Source: Lingula anatina (Eukaryota; Animalia; Brachiopoda). From it: 64,000 nucleotides of DNA. The notes under the pieces are model-generated. The model had not been told where the DNA came from, did no database searches, and saw only the letters and a list, made by a program, of their open reading frames with translations. Positions within the stretch are counted from its first letter, which is position 1. The number at the start of each line of letters is the position of its first letter. The translations under genes were made by a program, and so were the position numbers. This document shows, piece by piece, positions 27,991 through 41,185 of this stretch. Location of the stretch: the NCBI GenBank assembly GCA_051362555.1, contig CM120647.1:7564001-7628000 (forward strand), in the 5' to 3' direction.

Positions 27991-28470
27991 ATAGCGTCGA
28001 ATCACCAAGATTGCGCTCGGTCGAAATGAGGAGAGGTGAGGATAGGCAATGGTACCCAACTACCCTCTCGAGGGGGGGGGGGGGGGGGTCTTCATGTCTG
28101 GCAGTGGCCCACATAAAGCATATCATGAATTAAGGTGGTTTAATGTGAGATTACGTGTCTTCAAGTGCGTCTTTAATTTAAATACAAGACAAAAGGGGTC
28201 GTATAGTTACTGGTCGTGATATTTTGCCATTATTCCAATAGCCTCTGCATCTTTTGTTCTCGAAACCCGCTGTATAATTGTGCGTGTCATTTTACACTGA
28301 ACAGGCTCAGGCTAAATAAATTCTTTATGTAGGCTGTTAAGAATTTATTTGCATACCGGTACATAGCAGATGACTCTGTGGTAGTCAGAACAGTATAGTA
28401 GATCACTGTACTGTTTTCTCTAAATGTTACTGATATCTTATCGGATGTTGTTATATTTTCAGAGGCAGAC

Positions 28471-30133
28471 ATGGATGACAAATCCGACATAATTATACAT
28501 CGTTCAAGGTCATATTCTGAAAAGCAACCAGGAAAGCCCAACACGGGTATTCAATCTGAAGCATTAAATGGAAATGACGCGAACGACTCGGATGTCAAAA
28601 CTGTCAGCTGTGAGGAAAACACCGACAAAAACTGCGCCAATAGTCGCATCGGCAATGGATACAGGTACGATAATAACCACAGTGGCAACATCAACCTCAG
28701 CTTCGTCAGTGATTCCATGGACAGTGCAACTAATTTCACAAAGATACCCGAGGAAAATGTGAACAACAGCAACCATTACAGTGTCATCTCCAATTCTGTC
28801 TCCAACGATAATCACGTGAGCACTGAAAGTGGTGACGTCAGCAACAACAACGATGACGTTAACAGCAAAGCCCCTGATGGCGGGTGGGGCTGGCTGGTGG
28901 TTTTGGCCTCCTTCTTGTTACACGCTATCGTGGACGGGGTGTCTTTTTCCATGGGTATATTTTATGTGGTCTTTTTGGATACCTTTCAAGAGACAAAATC
29001 CAATACATCATGGATTGGTTCGATTTTGACGGCGGCAATGCACCTAATAGGTCGGTTCTGATCATAGTGGAATATCATATAATAATAATAAGAATAAGAA
29101 TAAGAATAAGAATATAAGAAATTACCACGACAGAAAAGTGGACCAATAATATAAACTGGTGCATGTAGCGGTAATAATCTGTCTTAAAACTTTTTTGTTA
29201 TGCTTAAAGGGATAATAACTCTTCGTATGAGACCTATATTTCACAATAAAAACCTTGTGAATAGCTCATAGAAATATAATATATTCTGTTTTACCACAAA
29301 AACAGCAGTTATAGCTTTTATTCTGATATTTGAACTTGTCTTCAGACCACGTGACCTCCATTGATGTCTATACTCTGTTAAAATCTCTTAAGAGATTTTA
29401 ACAAAAAACCAAACTTTTTAGAAAAAAACCAGGGACTAACTTTGAATGTAAAAATTGATTCATTAACCATTGGTAAGTATGGGAAAATTGTTGTTTACTC
29501 CAGGAAAATTCATTTTTTTGGCCGAAACGAAGAGTTATTATTGCTTTAAGGTTTGTAGACGTGTTATAAATCGAACAGATAGAAACTGTTTCTGGCATAA
29601 TTGAACCAGTGACGTAAGCATTTCTAGCAAATATGTCAGGAAAGCTTCATTTTGGGCTCATAAATAGTGGTTTTTATAGTATAAATGTTAAAAACCAATG
29701 TTTTTTAATTCATCACCGGAATTTAAAGTAACTTTCAGATTTTTCATTATTTTTAGCATTGCCGGCCGGCATGATGTGCGAGAGGTTTGGCTATAGAGTG
29801 GTCAGTATTTCCGGCAGCGTAATAGCAACAGTGGGGTTCGTCCTGAGCGCGTTTGCGCCCTCTATTTATGTGTTATATGTCACCCTCGGAGTTGTAGTAG
29901 GTAGGTGTATTTATTCACGGTTGGAATGCCAGGTATGCCGAAGATGGTATTGTGCTATATCTATTGTAATTAATTTTCAAAGGCTATTTAATTTCACCAT
30001 ATCTAATTTTTTACTTCAACAATGCCCATGTTTGGTTACATTAATAGTAATAACCACAGGTTTCAACATGTTTCCGGCTAAACAAAATTACATGCAGTTT
30101 TAGAATGCTTCAAATGTACCGGGTGAGTTAGCT

Positions 30134-30208
<75 letters not shown>

Positions 30209-32294
30209 ATATATATATAGAGAGAGAGAGAAAGAGAGACTATCAGCGATTTTTTCCTTTATCACCACGGTGTATCCTATCCATAACAGTTGGGAAAAAT
30301 TGCGATTTATGAACTTGTTTATGACTTCTGTATTTTTTCTAATGATGTGCGTAAAAGTCACCATTAGGCCTATACATGTACGTCTCCATTCGAGACAATG
30401 AGAAGTTACATTTAAAAACGGGTTTATAAAAGGTCGTGATTTTGACAATGCCTTTAAATTTGATGTACCTTGGCGATTAAGGAACATGTTGTTACATGTA
30501 CCTATGAAATCTATATTTATTTTATAAATGTCAACTTTCAGTCAGAAATTATCTAAATGAATGAATTTGGTCTTGTTTTTACAGGAATAGGTTTTGGCCT
30601 AATGTTCTTCCCCAGTGTATGTGTATGCGTGCAGCTCTACTTTGATAAGAAGCGTTCCCTTGCTATGGGTATCTCAGTGTGTGGGACGGGCGTCGGGACT
30701 TTTGCCTTGGCGCCGTTTGTGCGCTGGCTGACAGACATAATTGGCTGGAAGTATACGATGGGGGTTCTAGCAGGGATCACTCTTACGGGCTCTTCTTTAG
30801 GAATGCTTTACAAGCCACTGCGAAAGCGTGAAGCTGACGAGAAGGCGGACGTCATGGAAATTCTTGAAGGAAAAGAGACGGAGCTCGAAGATAACGAATT
30901 GTCATTTGGAACAAAAATGGTTCATCTAAACGAAACAAATCAAGAGAGTAAAGTGGGGAATTTAACAACGTCGTTCACAAAAAAGACTGAAGATAATTCT
31001 TTAAAAAGCACAAACATATTTACAGGGTTAAAGCAAGAGGTTCCAGAACAATCGATATCTATTGAGAATGAGCGCATGGAGCATAAACAAATGGCAAAAA
31101 TACACGCTGAAGAAAACACAGCGTCGTCTATCGACCATACTCTATCATCTGCCTTAAAAGAAAATAGCTCAGCATGCTGTGCCAAATGCTCCATAGATGG
31201 CGCCGTCGGTGCCATACATTGGTCGTTGCTACGAGACCCTGCATTCGTGGTTTGGCTTTCGTGTTACTTCATTTGTCAACTAGGAATCATAGTCCCCTTT
31301 ACATTTATACCAGACAGTGCCATATCACGTAATATCGGTGCCCCTGAAGCTGCATTCCTAATATCCATCATAGGGATCGTAAATACCGTCACGCGTCTCG
31401 TCACCGGGATTGTTGCTGACCGGAAGTTTATTCGCCATCATCGTCTGCAGTTACTGGCTTTTTCCGTTTTCATTGGGGGAGTAGCACTAATTGTGAATCC
31501 ATTTTGTAATACGTATGCAACATTGGCAGTGGACGTAGTGTTCACTGGGATATCTCTGGGTAAGTTTTTTATTAAAAGGCACACGATTGGCGGTAGACCT
31601 ATTATCTTTGAAATTTCATTAAATTCCCGCAGTATCCCCTAAGCAAAATGAGGCAACGAATTCGCAGGGGTTTGCAAGATCCATTTTCTTACTGTTAATT
31701 TGCAGCCATATTGAAGCAAACTTGCTGTTAATTTGCAAGAAGGAATTGCAGTTTGCAGCAATATTGCAGCAAATTTGCTGCAAATTTGCTGTGAATTTGC
31801 AGCAGGCCTGATATTTTGCTAAGGGATATGTCAAGCACAGAAATTGCGCCCCAGTTTTAACAGCTAACCAAATATTTTAGACAATGCAACTTGCCTGTCT
31901 TAACCTACACTCACGTACTTCACAGGTTTGATATTAATAAAGTATATTGTTTATTTACAGACTAAAATCTGCACATGAAGTGTTTAACAAAATCTCTTTC
32001 CACGAATGGAATGCCAATTAATGGCTTTTACATGTAGATCTGGGACAGTGATATGTCTAACATGTATTAAAATATTTATTTGAAAATATTTAAATGATGT
32101 CCATTTTACACCTATAGGTTCATTTATATTACTGATGCCAGTGGTTTTACGTGATTTGTTTGGACTGGAGAAAATGAACTCGAGCATCGGATTTACATTG
32201 GTGATAGTGGGAATCTCGACGATGCTAGTGCCATTTTTAGGTAAATGTTAACAGTTTATGCGCCCTGTGTGGAAGAAAAAGGGGGTGGAGACTG

Positions 32295-32356
<62 letters not shown>

Positions 32357-32928
32357 CGTTTCTTATAAGCACCAATTTCTTTCAAAATTTGCAAAAAAAT
32401 TAAAGCCGTAAAGAAAAGTGTATGTCATGGTTGCAAAACGCAGTCGGTGCCGAAATACGGTGCGACATGCACATATACTGAGCCTATAGTCGAATTGCAT
32501 TAGTTTGCCCCTAGAGAAGTCAAATAGAGTGAAACAGACTGGTAAACAGTGCTATAAAACTTTGTATTTGTTTAACTGTCTAGCAGTATAGCACTTAGAT
32601 ATAATTTTAATACCTACTTTTTTATTTTAATACCGTTTCTACACATCAACCTTTATGAACCACACGATCTGTACTACTGTTAAGATTTGAAACCAAATTT
32701 TGAATGACAATTTAAAGATTACTGTAAACTACTGATTTCGAATCTGATGATTTTTTTTATGTAGGCTGGTTGACTGATGTCACAGGATCATATGACATCA
32801 CTTATTACGTCACTGGAGGGGCCCTCGTCATATGTAGTTTTGTTCAGGCGATGTTACGTCGTTTCCAAAAGAAAACTTATCACCCAAAATGCGCCGTTCC
32901 GGAAATGACAGAAGATACGAGACTTTGA
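28471..32928 (+). CDS. SLC16/MCT-family protein, MCT-b, ~661 aa; exons 28471-29050, 29757-29900, 30585-31559, 32118-32240, 32765-32928
   Basis: Motifs APDGGWGWLVV and YFDKKRSLAMG. Exons 2 (144 nt) and 4 (123 nt) have the same lengths as in MCT-a, the total of 1986 nt is in frame, and the protein ends ...EMTEDTRL*. Confidence 0.9.
29208..29545. mobile_element. Kolobok-type MITE in MCT-b intron 1
   Basis: TTAA-flanked copy of the 11014-11348 element. Confidence 0.8.
31636..31825. mobile_element. CMC/EnSpm-type MITE in MCT-b intron 3
   Basis: CCC...GGG termini (CCCCTAAGCAAAAT / ATTTTGCTAAGGG), flanked by AT on both sides, with internal AATTTGCAGC subrepeats. Confidence 0.6.
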
Positions 32929-33813
32929 TGTATAATTACGCAACATCAACTGTGCGGCTATTATGAAAGTCCAAGGTCATGGTGTTACTGACAAATTGTT
33001 TATAGATCCACGTTTACAATATTCAGCAAAACACAATTGTTGCCCTTGTTGAGGGTATGCCTTGCCGCCTACAGGAAATAATTGCGGTACTAGCTACGTA
33101 CTGTATATGTAGAAACATATATTAGATTTAGACACATGGCTTTTAACGAGCATACCCTAATCCCAATTGTATGTAACTTTGGTGACATTCGATGTTGTCT
33201 TTTCAATTTAATGGACATGTTTAACCTCTTTGCATATAATAGTGAATCATCGGATTTAAATGAGTACTTGTTTTAAATTTGAATATGAATGTTAATACGG
33301 ATACCTTCACTTTTTTGTATTTTCGATACCATTAAACATGTAAGATGATGTATCTCGGAGGAAAAATCACTGATTTGACAATTTGCACCTGTGAGGTGAT
33401 CATTTGTATATAAAAGCACGTGGAATTGAAGGTGGATCAACCGTTTTGACGAATAGCGTACATTGCCTTCAGTTTGGGAAATCGAAACTTGCAGTCGCAA
33501 CCCAAAAATTGAATTAAATGTGCATAGGCTGCTGCTTTTTCCAAGCAACGTACTTTTTAAAAATCAATATTTACAACCTTTAACCATTTCACTTTATTTC
33601 GAACTAATTTATTTCCGACAAGATATTCTAGCAATAACCGTGTACACTTTTCAAGCAGAGGACAGCTGGGTGGTAACGTTTTTCCTATGAAAAAAAAAGA
33701 AACTCTTGCAGGAGCGTGGTCGGTGCCAAAAAGCGTAGAAGCCAGAAAAATAGCTGTCAATATCTTGTGAAAATATGTCAATTTCCCTGTAGTAGATACC
33801 AAGTGCTGTTATC

Positions 33814-36800
33814 TCACAGTAGAGAATTTTCCTTTATTACCGAATGTTGCTGATTCCCGCTTTGACAGCTGCTGCGTGGCCGACGGCTACAAAATATAAA
33901 AAAGAGTGATTCCGACAGATGAGTAGTATCTACGAATTTTGATGCGATTGCATTCTATCTCACCACTATCTTACCGGGGCGAGACGGAAAGAGAGAGACA
34001 CAGAAACGTCAATATTATAGATTTCTTTGCGTGCGCGCGTGAGAAAGAGAGAGGGAGAGAGAAAGTGAGAGAGTATGACACATGTAAATATGTTTTCATT
34101 TGACGTTTTTTCGAGGCTGAACTCACGATTATAAATACCCATTTTTTCTTATATCAACACATATTTCAAAATAAGAAAAAAACTGACTATGGCGGTTAAA
34201 AAGTAGAACATCTTCATCGAAAAATCACTTACTACTTAAAACTGTTTGCGACTGCTACAGTTTCGGGTAGATCTGTGTTTGCTGTCTCCGGCAAAGGGAT
34301 TGTAGATACTGATGCAAATATGGCCGCGGCTCCAAATATCACAAGTGGCAAGGTATCCTCCCCAATACCTTCCACTTGAATTTCTCTCTGAATTAAACAG
34401 ATACAAATAAATATTAATATAAATCAATACAAATTCGAATTATCATTATTTTTAATAAATGAAATATACAAATGACAACCGATCAAGCTCAAAAGCATAT
34501 TAAATGACCACATACGAGTAAGACATTTCTGATTATTAGTTTTGTTCTCAACTGACCACGATTACAGGAGAGAGCATGGATCCAAGATTGGCAGACACTA
34601 TAGCCAGACCCAAACTGAAGTTTCGGACAACGGTAGGGAATATTTCAATACTCCAGATATATATGATATTATAGCCTGCAGCGACGCCAAACTTCCCAAC
34701 CGTGGACAGTGTGATCTTTATGTAGTTAATAGATTCCAAATCTAAAATATAACATGTAAGAGGCACAGTCAGCACTCGATACACTAAATTTTAAACTTGA
34801 CTATTTCTACTCCAGCATATGAGCAACCACTTTATTTAGAGAGTCCACCAGGCAGGCACGATTTAATTCAAAACAACCGAATTGTCTGGTACTTGTATTT
34901 TGGCAGCAATTTACTAGCAATTCATACTTATGAAAATCAACTTTAAGGGTATGTAACTGGTGGTTCAAGATCAAGATCTTTACTATTCTGCGTTTAAAAT
35001 AATATCTGACGATTGTTTGGCCCATATTTAAGAATTATACAGGGATATAATTATAATAGCATTACCATTATTAGCGTATAACTGCACAAGGAGAGACGAG
35101 AGACATGCCAGGCCGCCCACTACCATACATATAATGTATATCTTCTTCCTTCCAAATCTGTCGATAGTGAAACACAATGCATACGCAGGTAATTCCACTA
35201 TAGAGAGGAGAAAGAAGTTGAGGTAGAGATTTCCAGACATGTTCCCTGCGTGAAGATTTATCCCATAATACGTCATATCCAAGACAAACCTGAAAGTGAA
35301 AAGAATGGGTACCTTTACACTGGCACATATCTACCAAGGGAAACCTGCAAGTGAAAAAAATGGGCACCATAGCACTACCGGATGGATCGTTGTGCCCCAG
35401 GATTTCCCTTTCCCTAGCACTTATGGAAAATGCTCCCATTTTTGTGAATATGTTGTAAGGCCTACATGTATAATTTATTTACTTGCGACGTCAACTGGAT
35501 CTTGTTATAAATCTAAGCTAGGACACAGTTTGAAATCGAAAATCAAAATGGCAGATTTGCCAATCATAATAACACATACCAGTTAATGTACAGAAGCAGC
35601 ATTTTGACCACCAGTCGGGGGGCATGAAGAAGAGCTCTGGCACTTGAAATTGGAGGTTCCTTGATTTCAACTTTTTCTACAAGACCCCGAGGGAGAGCAG
35701 TCTTGTTTATTCTCGCGGTACGCCTTAGAATTGTCTCAGCTTCTGAATGGCGTCCTTTGGTAAGCAACCATCTAGGTGACTCGTGAAGAAACCTGCAACC
35801 GATAGAAAATATTTATCAAAATATTCTTTGATTCGGATATGCAATGTGGCTATTTCAGAAGGACACATGAGGCATTGGTGTGAAAAAGAGGACACAAAAA
35901 CAAGACACTATATTCCAAAACAAGACTCCAAACAATGCAAGGTTCTTAAGTATAGGTTAAGCACTTTTTCAGTTCATTTTATGTATAGTTAATCATGTGG
36001 ATAATTGTGCCCTTTTTATCAAAATATTCTGTTGAAGTGTCTCTGTTATTACTCCCATACATGTACATCTGTATAATGTGAGGCTAATTTATCTTTTGCA
36101 TTTTGATAGTCACTAAATTGCATTACCTACCACAACATTACAAACGCTGTTAGCAGAAATGGGGCAACCACTACCGTCAACAGATGGCGCCAGTCTCGAA
36201 GAAAGTAGGCTATTCCAGTAGTCACTGCCCCGCCCCCCGCATAAACGACTGCCAAACCTGTTCCTACCAACATTCTTTTGCTCGGACCCACCATCTCTAA
36301 AGCTGTAAAAGTCGATTTTACAATTGAAGGGAACTTCAGTGCTTTATTTTTATTTATTTATTTATTTTTTTTTTGATAAATGAAGTTATTCCTATAATGA
36401 AGTCATGCTGAAAAGGCATATTATTTCTAAACAGACTTAACGACATTTCCCCAGATTTCCCCAGACTGACCAGTGGCTGAACACCCCCCCCCCACCCCCA
36501 TTCTCAATGTCGTAGCATGAGTTAATTGTACCAGTCAGTCATGTTCCAAAATCATTTGTGAAAGGCCCGAAAAGGTAGTTTTCTTATATTCTTTAATTGA
36601 GCGATTAACAATGTTATCAGCAGTGCAAGAGAAACCGAAAAAATTAATAAATAAAATAAATAAAAAGAAAGATTAATAAAAAATATCGCATCTTATGTAG
36701 TCAAGTCATGTTTTAGTCTGCTCGTGTCCGAAATCCGCACCGACTACTCGTACATATACTGGGTGCGTACTATTTTATATACCACGCTCGGTGTATTAAT

Positions 36801-39800
36801 TTTTGGACCTCTGACCACAATTTCCGCCAAGAAATCTGTTGAAAAGAGAATTCCAGGTCCCAGTTTCAGAAAAAAAAAAAACTTAAGTAGGGATCCCTGA
36901 CTAAGAGTAATTACGTCCGCACGTCACTAAGTCCTGTTTCACGAAAAATCTAAAAAGCCGCTCAGGTCGTTTTTTCTTAGCTGCTGGTCGACGAAGTCTG
37001 TAGCCTCCTCGGTAGCTGCCTGAATTCGTAAATTTAAGCTCAACTAAAACTCTGTAAATAAGAGCACAATCATCAAAACTTTCGAAAGAATATACCCTCT
37101 TCAACAATAGTGTTACATTACCTTTGAATGTTAATGAAATTTATTAATTTTCAAAAAAAAAAAAAATAAATAAATAAAATGAAATATCACCAAGTCGATC
37201 GCGATTTTTTTTTATTATTATACCTTTAACCGCTAGATGTCCGATGGCAGCGTTCCAAGACAAGCTAATGTTTTACAGTGACTTTGAAGCTGTATCAAAA
37301 TTGAACTTATCAACAGCGTTCAAAAACTAGCTTTGTTTATTTTTGGACGCTTACTCTGTACTGTCTCTGGCTATCTTACTGTACTCTACACTGTCGTACT
37401 TGTAACTTTAAACTTAACTGGCAATTACTGCGCAGAGTTGCTCTATTTATTCATTTCCAAAAGTGGACGACCTTGATTGGTTGACTGCCACTTTGATTGG
37501 CAGGCAGAGGGAAAGTGGGTGACCCACCAGACACTGCAAGCCCCTGTTTAATAAACTGATACCGCTTACAAGCAATTCCAACTTAAAGTTCAAAGTTCAA
37601 CAACACACTAGCTGAATGTAAAAAAAATGCTATAGCTTACTGCAGGAATTAAAGGCTATGTGTAAAATCGTTACAGTACGTATACCGTACCACAGGCAGT
37701 AAAAAGGGTCCGCTTTTATGTATCGCAGTCATTCATCAAGTCAGTCTGCCCAGTGCCTTCCCAAGCATATTACATGTACTAGTATTCTAAGCGTATCCCA
37801 TGTACAACATACCAAATGTGCTGGCCAAATTATACAAGTTGCTCATGCCAAAGCCCAACATAAACCGCATCCCTACACTCCACTCGCAGGTTGGGGAAAA
37901 GGCCCATGCTATTCCTGCAAAACCACTGACACTCAACCCAAGAAGCAGCGCCATCTTCCGTCCAACACTGAAATATTACGGCTTTGTACTTTCATATTTT
38001 TTATGAATGTAACCCAATATGAACAAGATGCATGTACTTTATTATGGAGATACAATGAAAATATAATTTTTTTTTTAATTTGCCCACAAGACCTTTTTGT
38101 ATTATTTAATGTAACCAAGATGGTAATGTTATACATATACATGCAACGCCATTCAAAATCAACTCCAGTACATGTACATATATCAAATATAATACCCACC
38201 CGTCGGACACCACACCAAATAACAGTCCTCCGACCAAGTGGCCCATTACATTGAAAATATAGGACTTGGTCAACTTTGACGAGTCGTCACAAAGGAGAGT
38301 GAACTATATAAAAATGGAAACGACAAAACCAATTAGCCCCTGCAAAAATTGTCTGAAATGTTTAGTGATCTTAAATATTGGGTTTGAAAAGGGCTTTACA
38401 TTACATGTCCGGAAGAATGATTTCGCCAGTGCTTGCAAAAAGGATAAAGAAGGTTTTAAAAAACGTAAGTGGTTAAATTCAAATACAGACTTAATACCTA
38501 ATATGGAATATATTTATCATTGTTTTGTTTTTGAGTGCAGATTTATTTTTCTATTTTTATTTTTATTATTTTTGCTTTATTAATCAAGAAAGTACTGGGT
38601 ATGTCATTGAGTGAAAAAAATGTCCAGCCTTCTATTGTGAGATATTTTGGTCAATAATATCAAATATGACATAAGATGCCATTCAAAAGAAAATAACCCC
38701 CCCCCCCACCCCCCCCCCACCCCCCCCCAGAAAAATCATATTAACAGTTTGATACCAACTTTAAGCTTCCGGACAGTGATATGCTACACAGTTTAAAAAA
38801 ATTATAGGAAATCATGAAAAGTAATCAGTAGCGGGTGTGACCTAGCTGCATCAGCCGTTTGCAGCACCCTCACCCTACATGGGCCAGGCGTACCCTGTGA
38901 CAAGTTTCTCAGAGTTTGGATGGGGATACCATTCGACGCAGTAATATTTGCATGTCGCAGTTCATCACGATTTACCGGCTGATGATCATAGCTACTAATT
39001 CTACGAGTTATTTCCGCCCGCAGATTTTCAATATGGGGAGTTTGCAGGACAGGGCAGTTGCTGAACCCCTTGGTTTTGAAGAAACGCAGTGTTTCTGCAA
39101 GCTCGATGTGGGGGTGCGTAGTCGTCTTGGTACATAATGTTGTTTCCTGAAGATGGCTTTTCCAAAGGGAAGCATTGTATGCTGTAGAATGTCTCTGTAG
39201 AAATCCTGGTTGAGGTTACCTTCTAAAAAACCAACTGGTTCTGGGCACTGACATGACATGCTCCCCACTTCCACTTGCACCATAGGCAGTACACTATCAT
39301 CGTTTTTGCCTTTTGTACACGTTGGCGGACACGGAATCGACCATCAACCCTAAAATCTCCATATCTGGTCTCATCACTGAAAACGACACGATTCCAGTGG
39401 TTTGGCTGCAAACGCACGTGGTCCCCAGTCCATTGCAAACGTCGTTGTATATGACCTGATGTTAACAGTGGTTTCTGTACTGGTTTCCGTGAAAAATAAC
39501 CGGTTTGCAGTAGTGTCTTGTTAACGAGGTACATTGAAACGGGCGTTTGAAAGACATTCTGCCAATCTCTTCTGAGGAGACTGGTTGTCTCTGTACGACC
39601 AGCACGGCACAGTCTAAGGACAAGGTGATCCTGTCTTCTTGTTATGATACAAGGACACCCTGATCGAGGTCTTGGAGTAGGTGCGCCTGTTGTTGCATTT
39701 CTTTTGAAGACTTAATTTGCTTACGGTTACCTGATTTATGTTGAATTGCCTGGCAATATGGCTGAACTTTTCTGGCCATTTTCTCTGAGAGCAAGAATCC

Positions 39801-40584
39801 CATAGTAGGTCGCATTGCTTACATGTAGCTGTCGAACCGTAACTTCTATAAGGTACCAATCAAGTTTCAGAGCGATCCCTCTGTAGCTTCGCGAAATATA
39901 CTCCAAAGATTGACCAAACCCATGCGTTTTTATACAAGGACGGGAATTGCCGAAAATACCACCCCTCACATTTCTGATCACAAAACATGCAACTGCATGC
40001 ATCAATTGTTTCGACAGCTGTGTGGTAATTAAGTAACATACCTGGCTACACATGGATTGACACCTCAGTTTCGGATTTTAAAAGTAAGAGAGAAAATAAT
40101 TATTTCGTAGAAAATTTTATTCACCAAAAATAATATTCCATATTAAGTATTAACCCTGAAGGTATCAAGGCGTTGAACTACAGTAATTGACTTATTCAAG
40201 ATGATTTTACATGTGCTGATGGAAAAAACACACAAGTAAAATATTGATTTCAGTGAATGTACCTGCATCGGATAAGAATATGTTACATCGGCGGTGTTAA
40301 ACACCCATTTTGAACATTCATCTGGTTCTGTGATGTCTTGGTTGACATTACTCTGGTGACTAATGTTTGGAAAAACGGTACATTCTTCATCAGATACATT
40401 CATGAAGGATATGTCGACCATATTCTGGTGCCATTTCCCCTGGATTTTGAAGGTGTCATTTTGAAGACCAGGTAGTTTACACCTTGAAAAACCAATTGAT
40501 GAAATACTGCCTGTATAAACCTTTGATCTACAAGAAATTTTACACCAGTGCCATGACCTTCTCCCCTGATTACCACTTGGTTTC

Positions 40585-40642
<58 letters not shown>

Positions 40643-40832
40643 TGAAACTGGGTGTGTCCTCTATGAAAACAACGGCTCCGTTCACCATATTTGCCAACAT
40701 ACTTACTATCAAAAACAGCACATAAATCAGTTTTTGGTACTTCCCAAATTCTCCAATCAGAACAAGGATATCGTCAAAGTCCTTGGTGTCTCTGTCACCG
40801 CTGCCCTCACCTCCTGCTTTCTTTTCATCCAT
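33814..40832 (-). CDS. SLC22 organic cation/anion transporter-family protein, SLC22-A, ~563 aa; exons 40832-40642, 40482-40263, 38303-38200, 37967-37813, 36302-36131, 35792-35580, 35289-35066, 34741-34557, 34387-34233, 33886-33814
   Basis: Motifs FDDIL..IGEFGKYQ, four extracellular-loop Cys, SD.VGRK, EMVGP.KR, ESPRWL, DRFGRK, EIFPT and LPET. The 104-nt and 155-nt internal exons are typical of SLC22 genes, and the exon sum of 1692 nt is in frame. Confidence 0.88.
38486..40158 (-). mobile_element. Degenerate Tc1 (DD34E) transposon in SLC22-A intron 2
   Basis: Fragmented transposase (RKPVQKPLLT..H...RLQW, WNRVVFSDE). The TIRs match those of the 48034-49681 copy. Confidence 0.85.
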
Positions 40833-40944
40833 GCTTGGGTCTTTTCTGCTTCCAGAAAGCAAGAAGATGACCCCTCTGTTTGTTGTTCAAAGCTAACCTC
40901 ATTTTCTAACAGAAGGGTAAAAACTGATTTAAAAAAAGAAGAAA

Positions 40945-41185
40945 ACTACAAAAGCACTCCGAGAGCGCAGACCTCCGCCAAGGCAGCGGTTTTTTATTAT
41001 TACTGATTATTGATTGATTGTTGATCCGGATCACCACCAAAAACTAATCTTCTCTTCCTTGGCCCACTTTTGACAGTTCCTGAAAGTTTCATCAAAATCG
41101 GTCCATAACCTTTTGAGTTTTATTAATGACAAACAAACAGACAGACAAACAGGTGAAAACATAACCTCCTTGTCGGAGGTAATTA
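40945..41185. mobile_element. Helentron/HINE-like non-autonomous repeat
   Basis: Terminal hairpin ATAACCTCCTTG.CGGAGGTAA next to an (ACAG/ACAA)n microsatellite and an internal CCTCCGCCAAGG repeat. Relatives lie at ~25300-25550, ~44200-44415 and ~51825-51930. Confidence 0.5.

Noticed and set aside
37718-38254. 178-aa plus-strand ORF (and its copy at 42104-42391)
   Set aside because: Antisense shadow of SLC22 exons 3-4; its recurrence is explained by the tandem duplication.
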